A DNA stretch of 64,000 nt from Heptranchias perlo (lineage: Eukaryota). The notes below the pieces were generated by a model. The model had not been told where the DNA came from and made no database searches. It saw only the letters and a list, made by a program, of their open reading frames with translations. The number at the start of each line of letters is the position of its first letter. The stretch's first letter is position 1. This document shows positions 1 through 11,715 of the stretch, piece after piece. The position numbers and the translations under genes are program-made. The DNA lies in NCBI RefSeq assembly GCF_035084215.1, contig NC_090330.1, forward strand, positions 23,064,001 to 23,128,000. Reading direction: 5' to 3'.

Positions 1-1140
1 GTCGGGGCCCATAGCCTTTGCTGTATCCACTGCACTCAGCACTGGATCTGTTCTGAATCTATCCCATTTAGCATGGTGATAGTGTCACACAACACGTTGG
101 TTGGTGTCCTCAGTGCAAAGACGGGACTTCGTCTCCATGAGGACTGTGCGGTGGTCACTCCTACCAATACTGTCAGGGACAGATGCATCTGCAACAGGTA
201 GATTGGTGTGGACAAGGTCAAGTAGGTTTTTCCCTCGTGTTGGTTCGCTCACCACCTGACGCAGGCCCAGAATGGCAGTTATGTCCTTCAGGACTCGGCC
301 AGCTCTGTCAGTAGTGGTGCTACCGAGCCACTCTTGGTGATGGACATTGAAGTCCCCCACCCAGAGTACATTCTGTGCCCTTGCTACCCTCAGTGCTTCC
401 TCCAAGTGGTGCTCAACATGGAGGAGGACTGATTCATCAGCTGAGGGAGGACGGTAGTTTGTAATCAGCAGGAGGTTTCCTTGCCCATGTTTGACCTGAT
501 GCCATGAGAGTTCATGGGGTCCGGTGTCAATGTTGAGGACTCCCAGGGCCACCCCCTCCTGACTGTATATCACTGTACCGTCACCTCTGGTTGATCTGTC
601 CTGCCGGTGGGACAGGACATACTCAGGGATGGTGATGGAAGAGTCTAGGACATTGGCTGAAAGATATGATTCTGTGAGTATGGCTATGTCAGGCTGTTGC
701 TTGACTAGTCTGTGGGACAGCTCTCCCAATTTTTGCACAAGTCCCCAGATGTTCGTGAGGAGGACTTTGCAGGTCGACTGGGCTTGGTTTGCCTTTGTCG
801 TGTCTGGTGCCTAGTGGTCAGATGCCGGGTGGTCCGTCCGGTTTTATTCTTATTATGACTTTTTTTAGCGAGATTGTACAACTGAGTGGCTTGCTAGGCC
901 ATTTCAGAGGGCAATTAAGAATCAGCCACATTGCTGTGGGTCTGGAGTCACATATAGGCCAGACCGGGTAAGGACGGCAGGTTTCCTTCCCTAAAGGGGA
1001 TTAGTGAACTAGATGGGTTTTTCCGACAATCCGGTCATTTCTTGGCCACCATTACTGATACTAGTTCTTTTTTAAATTCCAGATTTTATTTAATTAATTG
1101 AATTTAAATTCCCCAGCTGCCGTGGCGGGATTTGAACTCA
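1..1140 (-). mobile_element. 5' part of a CR1-group non-LTR retrotransposon ('LINE-B'): 5' UTR plus APE endonuclease domain, running off the window edge
   Basis: ORF 85-738 has APE motifs (NIWGL just upstream, LTES, YRPP, GDFNVHH, LLDL, SDH). The 5' UTR carries a Pol III B-box (GTTCAAATCC, 1128-1137 minus). Assignment to the same family as 17708-19192 is inferred from short elements that share this head and that tail. Confidence 0.8.
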
Positions 1141-3218
1141 CAGGAACATAGGAACGTAGGAACAGGAGTCGGCCATTCAACCCCTCGTGCCTGCTCCGCC
1201 ATTTGATAAGATCATGGCTGATCTGTGACCTAACTCCAGATACTTGCCTTTGGCCCATATCCCTGAATACCTTTGGTTGCCAAAAAGCTATCTATCTCAC
1301 ATTTAAATTGAGCAATTGAACTAGTATCAATTGTCGTTTGCGGAAGAGAGTTCCAAACTTCTACAACCCTTTGTGTGTAGAAATATTTTCTAATCTCACT
1401 CCTGAAAGGTCTGGCTCTAATTTTTAGACTGTGCCCCCTACTCCTAAAATCCCCAACCAGCGGAAATAGTTTCTCTCTATCCACCCTATCTGTTCCCCTT
1501 AATATCTTATAAACTTCGATCAGATCACCTCTTAACCTTCGAAACTCTACAGAATACAACCCCAATTTGTGTAATCTCTCCTCGTAACTTAACCCTTGAA
1601 GTCCGGGTATCATTCTAGTAGACCTACGCTGCACTCCCCTCCAAGGCCAATATGTCCTTCCGAAGGTGCGGTGCCCAGAACTGCTCACAGCACTCCAGGT
1701 GCAGTCTAACAAAGGTTTTGTATAGCTGCAGCATAACTTCTGCCTCCTTGTACTCTGGACCTCTAGATATAAAGGCCAGCATTCCATTAGCCTTAATGAT
1801 TATTTTCTGCACCTGTTCATGACACTTCAATGATCTATGTACCTGAACCCCTAAGTTCCTTTGGACATCCACTGTTTTTAACTTTTTACCATTTAGAAAG
1901 TACCCTGTTCTATCCTTTTTTGATCCAAAGTGGATGACCTCACATTTGCTTACATTGAATTCCATTTGCCACAGTTTTGCCCATTCTATCAATATCCCTT
2001 TGTAATTTTATGTTTTCATCTACACTGCTTACAATGCCACCAATCTTTGTGTCATCGGCAAACTTAGATATGGGACTTTCTATGCCTTCATCTAAGTCGT
2101 TAATAAATATTGTGAATAATTGAGGCCCCAAGACAGATCCCTGTGAGACTCCACTAGTCACATCCTGCCAATGTGAGTACCTATCCATTATACCTACTCT
2201 CTGTCGCCTTTCGCTCAGCCAATTTCCTAACCAAGTCCGTACTTTTCCCTGGATTCCATGGCCTTCTATCTTAGCTAACAGTCTCTTATGTGGGACCTTA
2301 TCAAATGCCTTCTGGAAGTCCATATAAATAACATCCATTGACATTCCCCTGTCCACTACTTTAGTCACCTCTTCAAAAAATTCAATCAGGTTTGTCAAGC
2401 ACGACCTACCTTTCACAAATCCATGCTGGCTCTCTCTGATTAACTGAAAATTCTCGAGGTGTTCAGTCACCCTATCCTTAATTATAGACTCCAGCATTTT
2501 CCCCACAACAGATGTTAGGCTAACTGGTCTATAATTCCCCGGTTTCCCTCTCTCTCCTTTCTTAAAAAGCGGAGTGACATGTGCAATTTTCCAATCTAGA
2601 AGACAGTTCCTGAATCTAGGGAACTTTGAAAGATTATAGTTAGGGCATCCGCAATGTGCTCACCTACTTCCTTTAAAACCCAGGGATGGAAACCATCTGG
2701 TCCTGGGGATTTGTCACTCTTTAATACTATTATTTTCTTCATTACTGTTGCTTTACTAATGTTAATTTTATTGAGTCCCTGTCCCCGATTCAATATTAGT
2801 TTTCTTGGGATTTCCGGCATGCTGTCCTCTTTTTCTACTGTAAATACTGACGCAAAGTAATTGTTCAACATGTCCGCCATTTCCCCATTGTCAATGACAA
2901 TATCACCAATTTCAGTTTTTAAGGGGCCAACACTGCTCCTGACCACCCTCTTTTTCCTAATATAACTAGAAAAGTTCTTCGTATTGGTTTTGATATCCCT
3001 TGCAAGTTTCTTTTTATACTCTCTTACTATCTGTTTTGTGACCCTTTGTTGATCTTTGTATCTTTCCCATTCGCCAGGATCTGTGCCATTTTTTGCCTTT
3101 TTGTATGCCCTTTCCTTATTTCTTATACTGTCCCTTACCTCTTTAGTTGTCCGTGGCTGTTTTTTTTTGGCAAGTAGTGTTCTTGCCCCTCAGGGGTATA
3201 AGCCGATTCTGTATCATT
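1141..3218 (-). mobile_element. CR1 LINE, family A, 5'-truncated with frameshifts; inserted into the LINE-B head
   Basis: ORFs 2596-2946, 1940-2506, 1624-1992 and 1230-1787 give RT motifs (QHGF, DFQKAFD, QGSVLGP, FADD) and the CR1 C-terminus (WNSLP); CCTATGTT-type 3' tail. Confidence 0.92.
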
Positions 3219-3380
3219 CATGACTCTGGATTATTAGTCCAGGCCTCTGGATTACTAGTCCAGTAACAAAACCACTATGCTACCGTACCCCTACCACTAT
3301 GCTACTGTGCCCCTACCACTATGCTACTGTGCCCCTACCACTATGCTACCATACCCCTAACACTATGCTACAGTACCCCT
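3219..3380 (-). mobile_element. tRNA-like head of LINE-B (A-box, anticodon-like arm)
   Basis: Minus strand reads GGGGTACGG-TAGCATAGTGG (A-box)...CTGGA-CTAGTAA-TCCAG. It joins to GAGTTCAAATCC at about 1140 once the CR1 insert is removed. Confidence 0.75.
3271..3380. repeat. Tandem repeat, 5 x 22 bp (ACCACTATGCTACCGTACCCCT), each unit containing an A-box on the minus strand
   Basis: Five adjacent units with a few mismatches each, read directly. Confidence 0.9.
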
Positions 3381-3700
3381 GAATCCAGAGCTTAAAGAGG
3401 TAAATTATGAGGACAGGTAGCCTAAACTTGGCTTGTATTCCCTTGAGTTTAGAACGCTGAGGGAAGATCTAATATGATATAATAAAATTATAAAGGATTT
3501 GATAGAGTAAATACAGAGAAACTATCTCCTCTGGTGAGGGAATTTAGACCAAGAGGGCATAATCTTAAAATTAGAGCTAGGACATATAGGAGTGAAATCA
3601 GGAAGCATTTTTTCACACAAAGTGTAGTGGAAATCTGGAACTTGCTCTCCCAAAAGGCTGTGGATACTGGATCAATTGAAATTTTCAAGACTGAGATCTT
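3381..3700 (+). mobile_element. CR1 3' fragment
   Basis: ORF 3534-3761: RGHNLKIRAR...HFFTQSVVEIWNLL. Confidence 0.8.
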
Positions 3701-3918
3701 TGCTGAGGTTCAGTGCCCAAAGCTGAACGCAGTACTCCCTCTAAATTCTCTCTCTAATTAATGCAAACTATACCCCAGCTAACAGGACAATCAAATCATT
3801 CTGAAACTCAGGCAATCCCGTTTTATTACCTCCACTTTGAAATCATTTTTTATTTATCCCTGTGATAAAGTGCCTAAATCTGGTTATTTTCCCTGAAAGC
3901 ACAGCTGAGAATGGGAAC

Positions 3919-4141
3919 TGTAAACAATTTTACAACACCAAGTTATAGTCCAGCAATTTTATTTTAAATTCACAAGCTTTCGGAGACTTCCTCCTTCCTC
4001 AGGTAAATGAGGAAGGAGGAAGGAGGAAGTCTGAAGTCTCCGAAAGCTTGTGAATTTAAAATAAAATTGCTGGACTATAACTTGGTGTTGTAAAATTGTT
4101 TACAATTGTCAACCCCAGTCCATCACCGGCATCTCCACATC
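3919..4141. mobile_element. Penelope-like fold-back (inverted pLTR) mini-insertion with 12-13-bp TSD
   Basis: Near-perfect inverted repeat 3919-4104. TSD GAGAATGGGAACT at 3907-3919 and 4142-4154. Homologous to the ends of the GIY-YIG-bearing element at 28751-30094. Confidence 0.85.
3968..4008 (-). ncRNA. Minimal type I hammerhead ribozyme motif (Penelope pLTR)
   Basis: AUUUAC-CUGAGGA-A-GGAG-gaagu-CUCC-GAAA-GCUU-GUGAAU: intact core, stem I AUUUAC/GUGAAU, stem II GGAG/CUCC, palindromic AGCU stem III. Confidence 0.75.
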
Positions 4142-5290
4142 GAGAATGGGAACTTAATAGGTAGAAAATCTTGAGTCCAGAATGATGTCCCTTCTCTTAG
4201 TAATGCAATACATTGCTGCATCTCAATTAATATTTAAACATCATAATGGTATGTTGTAATTCTCATTAGCAGACAACAATTACATAAGCAGTTATCAGTA
4301 TACTACAAAATCATTAATTTGGCATTGCAATGTATCTTAATGGAACCAAAGAGCAAAGTTTTCTGTTACAAAGATGTATTAAGACTCAGAAATAAGCAGG
4401 CTCTGTTCATTGTTCTACTTTGTTTTGCAAGCCAGAAATTTTGTTAAAACTTTCATTTAGTTGTCGCATGTTGGTTTGCTTTTTAATTTGGTCTGTGTTT
4501 TCATTTAAATAAATGACTAATTAGATTTGATGTGCTACAGACCTTTCACATTTTGATTTTGTACCTGTCTCATAAATTCTTTGGAAGGATTTATGACAAT
4601 AAAATGTAGCACTTCAATTAATTTGGAAAGGTCCTTGAAAATATTGATGCTCACAAGAAGGAGTGCTTTTGTACATCACTCAGGTAATCACGATGATGCT
4701 CGGAGTAATTTACAAAATGCCGTGAGTTCCCAAAAGGAGCAAAAGGGCTGGCAATCACACTCTGACTTAAAACCAGCATTTTCAGTGTCACTTTGAAGCT
4801 ACTGCAGTTACATTCTTTCTGGTAGTGAGAGAAGCTTCTGTATCTGCAATGCTCCGTCGTCACAGTAAGCTGTTTCTTCCTGAGACTAAAACAAGAGCAG
4901 CACACAGTCCTAAAGAAACCAGTTGCTAAGAACCAAGGTAATTAAACAAGATGAATCCTTTGTCTTACTCTGGTACTCTTACCTAGTCTTTGGTTATGTC
5001 TTAGTAGCAGCATTAGATGAATGTTTAGGTGGGTTTTTTTGCTTCAAAACTGGTTTTTAAGCTATTTTATTGGTTTAATGTGGATTTGTATTTTTTTTTC
5101 TTTCCTCATTGCTGCTCCTGGACACAAAGGTCATTTTATCTGTGGCTGGATTTGGCTTCCTCTGTTCCTCTGTGTGTACAAATGTCAAAGCATTAATTGC
5201 GGAGTGGAATTGTGGCAAAATCACTCACAGTCACCTTCTGCATAACCTGTAAGAATTCCGAAGCCTGCTGTGTGCCTTTTCTCATAAATA

Positions 5291-5626
5291 ATGGAAATGT
5301 CTACTGCTGAAACAGCTGTTGATTCATTCAGCGGGAACTCTGGAAATCAGACAATTGATGAACCCTACCCAACGTCCATCAACACAGCCATGGATTCATC
5401 ATCTACCAGCCACTTATCTAATGTCTTTGTGTATGTGTCAATTTTCCTGAGTTTGCTGGCTTTTTTGCTTTTGCTCCTGATAATTGCATTGCAGAGGCTT
5501 AAGAATGTCATTGCTTCCAGTTCTTCTTGTCCGGAAGGCACAAGTAACGCAGGGAGTTCTAGCACCAATTTGGAAGTGTGTAGCCTTTCGTCCAGATCAT
5601 CTGGTTTCTCAGCTCTCTCGAGCTAA
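5291..5626 (+). CDS. SERTM1: Serine-rich and transmembrane domain-containing protein 1 (single coding exon; start may be the second ATG at 5297)
   Basis: 111-aa ORF with HLSNVFVYVSIFLSLLAFLLLLLIIALQRLKN and NLEVCS..SS, matching recalled SERTM1. CCNA1 and SPART are known neighbours in human. Confidence 0.93.
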   Translation: MEMSTAETAVDSFSGNSGNQTIDEPYPTSINTAMDSSSTSHLSNVFVYVSIFLSLLAFLLLLLIIALQRLKNVIASSSSCPEGTSNAGSSSTNLEVCSLSSRSSGFSALSS

Positions 5627-6149
5627 TTATGAATGATAAACACAAATATTTATTTCAAAGCTCAAGATAAAAAATAATTGTCAAAAATTCTTCTGTTCTT
5701 GTGCAAATATTTTGAACTATGCTCAATCAACAAAAATTTGTAAAGTACAAATATATGAAATTTAACCAGTCGGCTAGTTCTGACACTTAGAGTTGCTAAA
5801 AAATTGCATTTTTTTACCTACATTTTAATCTTTAAAAAATTATTGTCAGATTAAAAATCAAAACAAATGATATTCACAAAATAATGTCGTCAAATGCAGA
5901 GGAGCATTTCCAAACACTTGCATCTTTGTGCTTAAGTTGATTTGCAGAATAATTTCCTGGTAAGTCAGTAACCTATTTACAACAAAATTATATTCACTTA
6001 AAGGAGGATCAGCCCCTTTTGTGGGAGTGAACAAGCCAGGAGGTTCTTGCACATCATGATGCCATATACAAGCAATCAATGCCATTTAGTCATGCAGTGT
6101 TATTTTCTAATGTGAATTACTTCATTGTATTGTGCATAATACAATGGTG

Positions 6150-6373
6150 AGTTGTGATCTAAAATGCACTGCCTGAAAAGGTGGTGGAAACTGATTCAAT
6201 AATAACTTTCAAAAGAGGATTGGATTAATACTTGAAAAGGAAAAATTTGCAGGGCTATGGGGACAGGACAGGGGAATGGGACTAATTGGATAGCTCTTTC
6301 AAAGAGCGGGCACAGGCACGATGGGCTGAACAGCCTCCTTCCCTGCTGTATTATTCTATGATTCTATGATTCT
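6150..6373 (+). mobile_element. CR1 3' end fragment
   Basis: Similar to 25600-25813; ATTCTATG tail. Confidence 0.75.
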
Positions 6374-6834
6374 ACAACAAATATAAAACAAAAAACATGC
6401 CAATCCTCTTTTTACGGGAATTTATACTGAAATACTTGTAAGAATTTGCTGCTGTGTTTTTTTGTTGCATGCTTTTAACTGTATTTGACTATTGATAGAA
6501 TTGTAAACTGCTTCATATTGTTGTAACTTGCTGTAATTTTACAGATTGCAGAAATAACAGAATTTGTGCATCTCATTATGCAAAAAGTCACTGATTTGGT
6601 CTATAAACTGTAAAGCAAAATGTGTAATCTGGGCAAAGGTATTACTTTAACAGAAGTAAATGTAAATTATTCAAACAACGATTCATATTACAGCAATAGT
6701 CAATTATGACAAGTTGATTGTAAAATGGTGGCAAGACTTCATGGATTGCCTTGGGTAGTACCATTGCTACCTCTTATTGACACTGCCACAAAGCTACTGC
6801 CATGCCCTGAGGTGGTTTCCAGAACCTTTTTATT

Positions 6835-7515
6835 AACTCTCCCCCTTCCTATTTATTCCTTCAGTTTCATTCTTACAAATCTTTCTTAACCAAGCTTGTT
6901 GCCATCTAATGTCTATTGGCCTGAAATTCTGCTCTTGCATTGCATATCTTGGGCATTGCTGCCAGTGGGCATTTATACTCTTAATTTCCAAGGAGTATGT
7001 GTCCTCCTTACTCCTCTTACCAAAATGCACACTTATCTATATTGAAATTCATTTACCATTTATACACCCATTCTGCAAGTTTATTAACGTCTTCTTGTAT
7101 TTTGTCGCAGTCTTCCTCAGTATTAATTATACCCCCAATTTGGTGTCATCCGCAAATTTTGAAATTGTACTTCCGATTCCCGAGTCCAAATCTCTTATGT
7201 TAACGGTGAACAGCAGTGGTCCCAGTACCGATCCCTGTGGAACACCATTTCCCACCGTCTGCCAGTCTGAGTAACTACTTTTAACTCTTACTTTCTGGTT
7301 TCTGTTTTGTAGCCAGCTTGCTATCCATTCTGTTACTTGTCCCCTAACTTCGCATGCTTTGACCTTAGTCCTGTATGTGGTGCCTTTTGAAAATCCAAAT
7401 ATATTACATCTACTGCATTACCCTTGTTTATTCTTTCTATTACTTCTTCAAAGAATTCAATAAGGTTGGTTAAGCATGACCTTGCCTTTTGAAATCCATG
7501 TTGACTATTCTTCTT
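6835..7515 (-). mobile_element. Decayed CR1 RT fragment
   Basis: [22 protein letters not shown] (7333-7572) and MHFG (6833-7030). Confidence 0.8.
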
Positions 7516-8729
7516 AATAGAGCTGGGACAATAGACTGGCAAAATATAAGAACACATGACAGCTCCCAGCATTTCATGAACTTAGGTGCAGGAAGCTATG
7601 CCTATTCTAGCAAAAGACCTGGACATTTTGGGAATGAACAACTTTGCGGTTGATGTAACTATGGAGGTTTACATTTGGGGCCTGCAATGCCACATGGATA
7701 CTATCTATAGCCCCCACACAATGGGGGTTCTGGCACTTTGGTAAAAATTCTCAGTCATCTGTTAGGAATTGTAAACCTCCCTGTGACCCACAGCAATGTT
7801 GGATGGCAGGGACACACAAGGGTCTCTTGCACTCTGCCTTGTTAGGGTGCAAATGACAGGTAATGTGTTGTAAGAAATCATCCTGTCATTTGCCTCTCAT
7901 TATAATACACCTGTACATAAATCCTGAAAGTGTTGCTGGGGAGGGTGCTGAGCCAGTAGCATGGCTCCCTCCTCATTTTTTCCCCCACTGCTCATATTAC
8001 CCCAGTTTCCAAGCACAATAACACAGGAATTTTGGGGTCCCTCATTTCTTAAGTTAATATATTAGCTTTTTGATGAATGTGCAATTTCCATTTTGAGTTT
8101 AGTATTTTTAAAAAATATATTTAAATTAAAGGATACAGTAAAGAAAAAAGAAATTGTGTACAAAATATTCAATTTTTTGTTCTTAGCACATGATATATCA
8201 ATCTGGCAACAAACTTAACTCAAGATTGAGTCTGAATAAATAAGGCAATTATCTTTGATTTCTCTAGTCTAATGACTTTGTTAGCATTCAAACATTGCTA
8301 ACTGCTCAATAAACAATGCATTCACATTTTGCAATGTGCAAGGAAACCTTAACACTCAAGATATATTTTATGTTTCTGTACCAGGAGCTCAAAATCAGAA
8401 AATATACCCTAAAATGTTTACATAAAAATATAAAAGAGATTTTCATTGTCACTGAATATGAAGATGCAACAGTACAAAAATCAATTTTTCCTGTGGTTAG
8501 ATGAAATTGATCTTAGCAGTCCTTCATTCTAATATATTACAAAACTCTTTGCCGTCAGTGATCTGTAAAACAATGTAGCTGGAATCAGTGTATTCTCACG
8601 ATTCATCGAGGAATTGGAGCGGGGAGTTGGCCTTGCCACTTCAGTGAGGTGAGCTTATCATACTTTTAATAATATTTTATATAATTATATAATTTATATA
8701 ATTTTATATAATTAATAGCACATTCCTTA

Positions 8730-10790
8730 TAAAGTGAAGGGCAAGGCTGGTAGAAGTAGGGAACCTTGGAGATTGAGGAGATTGGACTCGGGAGATTGAG
8801 GCCCTAGTCAAAAAGAAGAAGGAGGCATATGACATGCATAGACAGCTGGGATCAAGTGGATCCCTTGAAGAGTATAGAGATTGCCGGAGTAGAATTAAGA
8901 GAGAAATCAGGAGGGCAAAAAGGGGACATGAGATTGCTTTGGCAGATAAGGCAAAGGAGAATCCAAAGAGCTTCTACAAATACATAAAGGGCAAAAGAGT
9001 AACTAGGGAGAGAGTAGGGCCTCTTAAGGATCAACAAGGTCATCTATGTGCGGAACCACAAGAGATGGGTGAGATCCTGAATGAATATTTCACATCGGTA
9101 TTTACGGTTGAGAAAGGCATGGATGTTAGGGAACTTGGGGAAATAAATAGTGATGTCTTGAGAAGTGTACATATTACAGAGAGGGAGGTGCTGGAAGTCT
9201 TAACGTGCATCAAGGTAGATAAATCTCCGGGACCTGATGAAATGTATCCCAGGACGTTATGGGAGGTTAGGGAGGAAATTGCGGGTCCCCTAGCAGAGAT
9301 ATTTAAATCATCGACAGCTACAGGTGAGGTGCCTGTAGATTGGAGGGTAGCAAATGTTGTGCCTTTGTTTAAGAAGGGCGGCAGGGAAAAGCCTGGGAAC
9401 TACAGACCGGTGAGCCTGACATCTGTAGTGGGTAAGTTGTTAGAGGGTATTCTGAGAGACAGGATCTACAGGCATTTGGAGAGGCAGGGACTGATTAGGA
9501 ACAGTCAGCATGGTTTTGTGAGAGGAAAATCATGTCTCACGAATTTGATTGAGTTTTTTGAAGGGGTAACCAAGAAGATAGATGAGGGCTGTGCAGTAGA
9601 CGTGGTCTACATGGACTTTAGCAAAGCCTTTGACAAGGTACCGCATGGTAGGTTGTTATATAAGGTTGAATCTCATGGGATCCAAGGTGAGGTAGCCAAT
9701 TGGATACAAAATTGGATTGACGACAGAAGACAGAGGGTGGTTGTAGAGGGTTGTTTTTCAAACTGGAGGCCTGTGACCAGCAGTGTGCCTCAGGGATCGG
9801 TGCTGGGTCCGCTGTTATTTGTTATTTATATTAATGATTTGGATGAGAATTTAGGAGGCATGGTTAGTAAGTTTGCAGATGACACCAAGATTGGTGGCAT
9901 TGTGGACAGTGAAGAAGGTTATCTAGGATTGCAACGGGATCTTGATAAATTGGGCCAGTGGGCCGATGAATGGCAGATGGAGTTTAATTTAGATAAATGT
10001 GAGGTGATGCATTTTGGTAGATCGAATCGGGCCAGGACCTACTCCATTAATGGTAGGGCGTTGGGGAGAGTTATAGAACAAAGAGATCTAGGAGTACAGG
10101 TTCATAGCTCCTTGAAAGTGGAGTCACAGGTGGATAGGGTGGTGAAGAAGGCATTCGGCATGCTTGGTTTCATTGGTCAGAACATTGAATACAGGAGTTG
10201 GGATGTCTTGTTGAAGTTGTACAAGACATTAGTAAGGCCACACTTGGAATACTGTGTACAGTTCTGGTCACCCTATTATAGAAAGGATATTATTAAACTA
10301 GAAAGAGTGCAGAAAAGATTTACTAGGATGCTACTGGGACTTGATGGTTTGACTTATAGGGAGAGTTTGGATAGACTGAGACTTTTTTCCCTGCAGAGTA
10401 GGAGGTTAAGGGGTGACCTTATAGAAGTCTATAAAATAATGAGGGGCATAGATAAGGTAGATAGTCAAAATCTTTTCCCAAAGGTAGGGGAGTCTATAAC
10501 GAGGGGACATAGATTTAAGGTGAGAGGGGAGAGATACAAAAGGGTCCAGAGGGGCAATTTTTTCACTCATAGGGTGGTGAGTGTCTGGAACGAGCTGCCA
10601 GAGGCAGTAGTAGAGGCGGGTACAATTTTGTCTTTTAAAAAGCATTTGGACAGTTACATGGGTAAGATGAGTATAGAGGGAAATGGGCCAAGTGCAGGCA
10701 ATTGGGACTAGCTTAGTGGTATAAACTGGGCGACATGGACATGTTGGGCCGAAGGGCCTGTTTCCATGTTGTTAACTTCTATGATTCTAT
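8730..10790 (+). mobile_element. Young 5'-truncated CR1 with an uninterrupted 625-aa ORF2 part (RT plus C-terminus, no endonuclease)
   Basis: ORF 8834-10711: [41 protein letters not shown]; TCTATGATTCTAT tail. Confidence 0.95.
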
Positions 10791-11384
10791 AATATGCTCT
10801 GTGCATTTTCTATGAGTGCAGGGAGCAGAATGAGTGCAAGAGGTGGTGAATCATATGAGTAGCAGCTGACAATTAATAAATTGTTCCAAACCATTTCTTA
10901 ATTACTGAAATAAAATTGGATTGAATTCAAGCATCAGAGAATTCAAAAAAGCTGAGTTCTACTTTTATTAAAGATAGAGGCCCAGAGGAAAATGCTGCAG
11001 TTACACACAAATAAAAGAGCTGGGACAAGGAGAAAAACTGAAAGGGGCAGGGTGTTTGTAGTTGTAGTGGATTTCTTACTCTAAAAAGTGGATAGTCATC
11101 AACAAAACTTTGATAGGATGGTGTGTAGTTTACCTGAAGTAAAAATGCATGATGAGGAAAAGTCAGAAGGACTACTAAAAGGATTAGGAGGACCGCTGAT
11201 GGTACTCCACACAGGCATCAAAATACAGGGAGAAATCATATAGAGGGCCTCAAACACATGCATGTGAGAACCACCTCAAAACTTAAGGACAAAGTAACAT
11301 TCTCAGACATATTTCCTGTGTTTGGAAAAGAAGATGAGTTCACCAAGAAAATATGTTGTGTAAAAAATAATGATGTCAATTTTA

Positions 11385-11715
11385 TAAGCAACTGGGACTG
11401 TTACCCCATAATTCAAGATAAAATCAGTGCGCATTTAGAAATGCATGGGTTAATCAAGGACAGTCAGCATGGATGCATTAAAGGCAAGTCATGTTTGACA
11501 AACTTTCAGAATTTTTTGAAGAAATTATTGATTGAATAGATAAGGGGAATGCAGTAGATATAATGTACATGAATTTTTAGAAGATGTTCGATAAGGTATC
11601 TCACAAGAGGCTTGTTAGAAAAATTCAGGCATAGAGAGGAAATGGAGCATTGTGAATGGAAAGTTGATTGATACATGGGAAACAAAGAGTTAGGGTAAAT
11701 GGGTGTTGCCTGGTG
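11385..11715 (+). mobile_element. Decayed CR1 RT fragment
   Basis: HLEMHGLIKDSQHG..KGKSCLTN followed by stops. Confidence 0.7.

Noticed and set aside
3219-3292. Functional tRNA gene (AGT loop)
   Set aside because: The anticodon-like arm is duplicated, the B-box is displaced 2 kb by a CR1, and the sequence continues into a retroelement.
3271-3380. CRISPR-like array
   Set aside because: Units are contiguous with no unique spacers; eukaryotic retroelement head.
4860-4945. SERTM1 non-coding first exon (AAG|GTAATT donor at 4938) with X-box-like GTTGCTAAGAAC
   Set aside because: Plausible, but no acceptor or TSS can be fixed from sequence alone.
8669-8716. AT-rich TATAAT-like repeat as a promoter
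   Set aside because: Simple low-complexity tract at a LINE insertion site.
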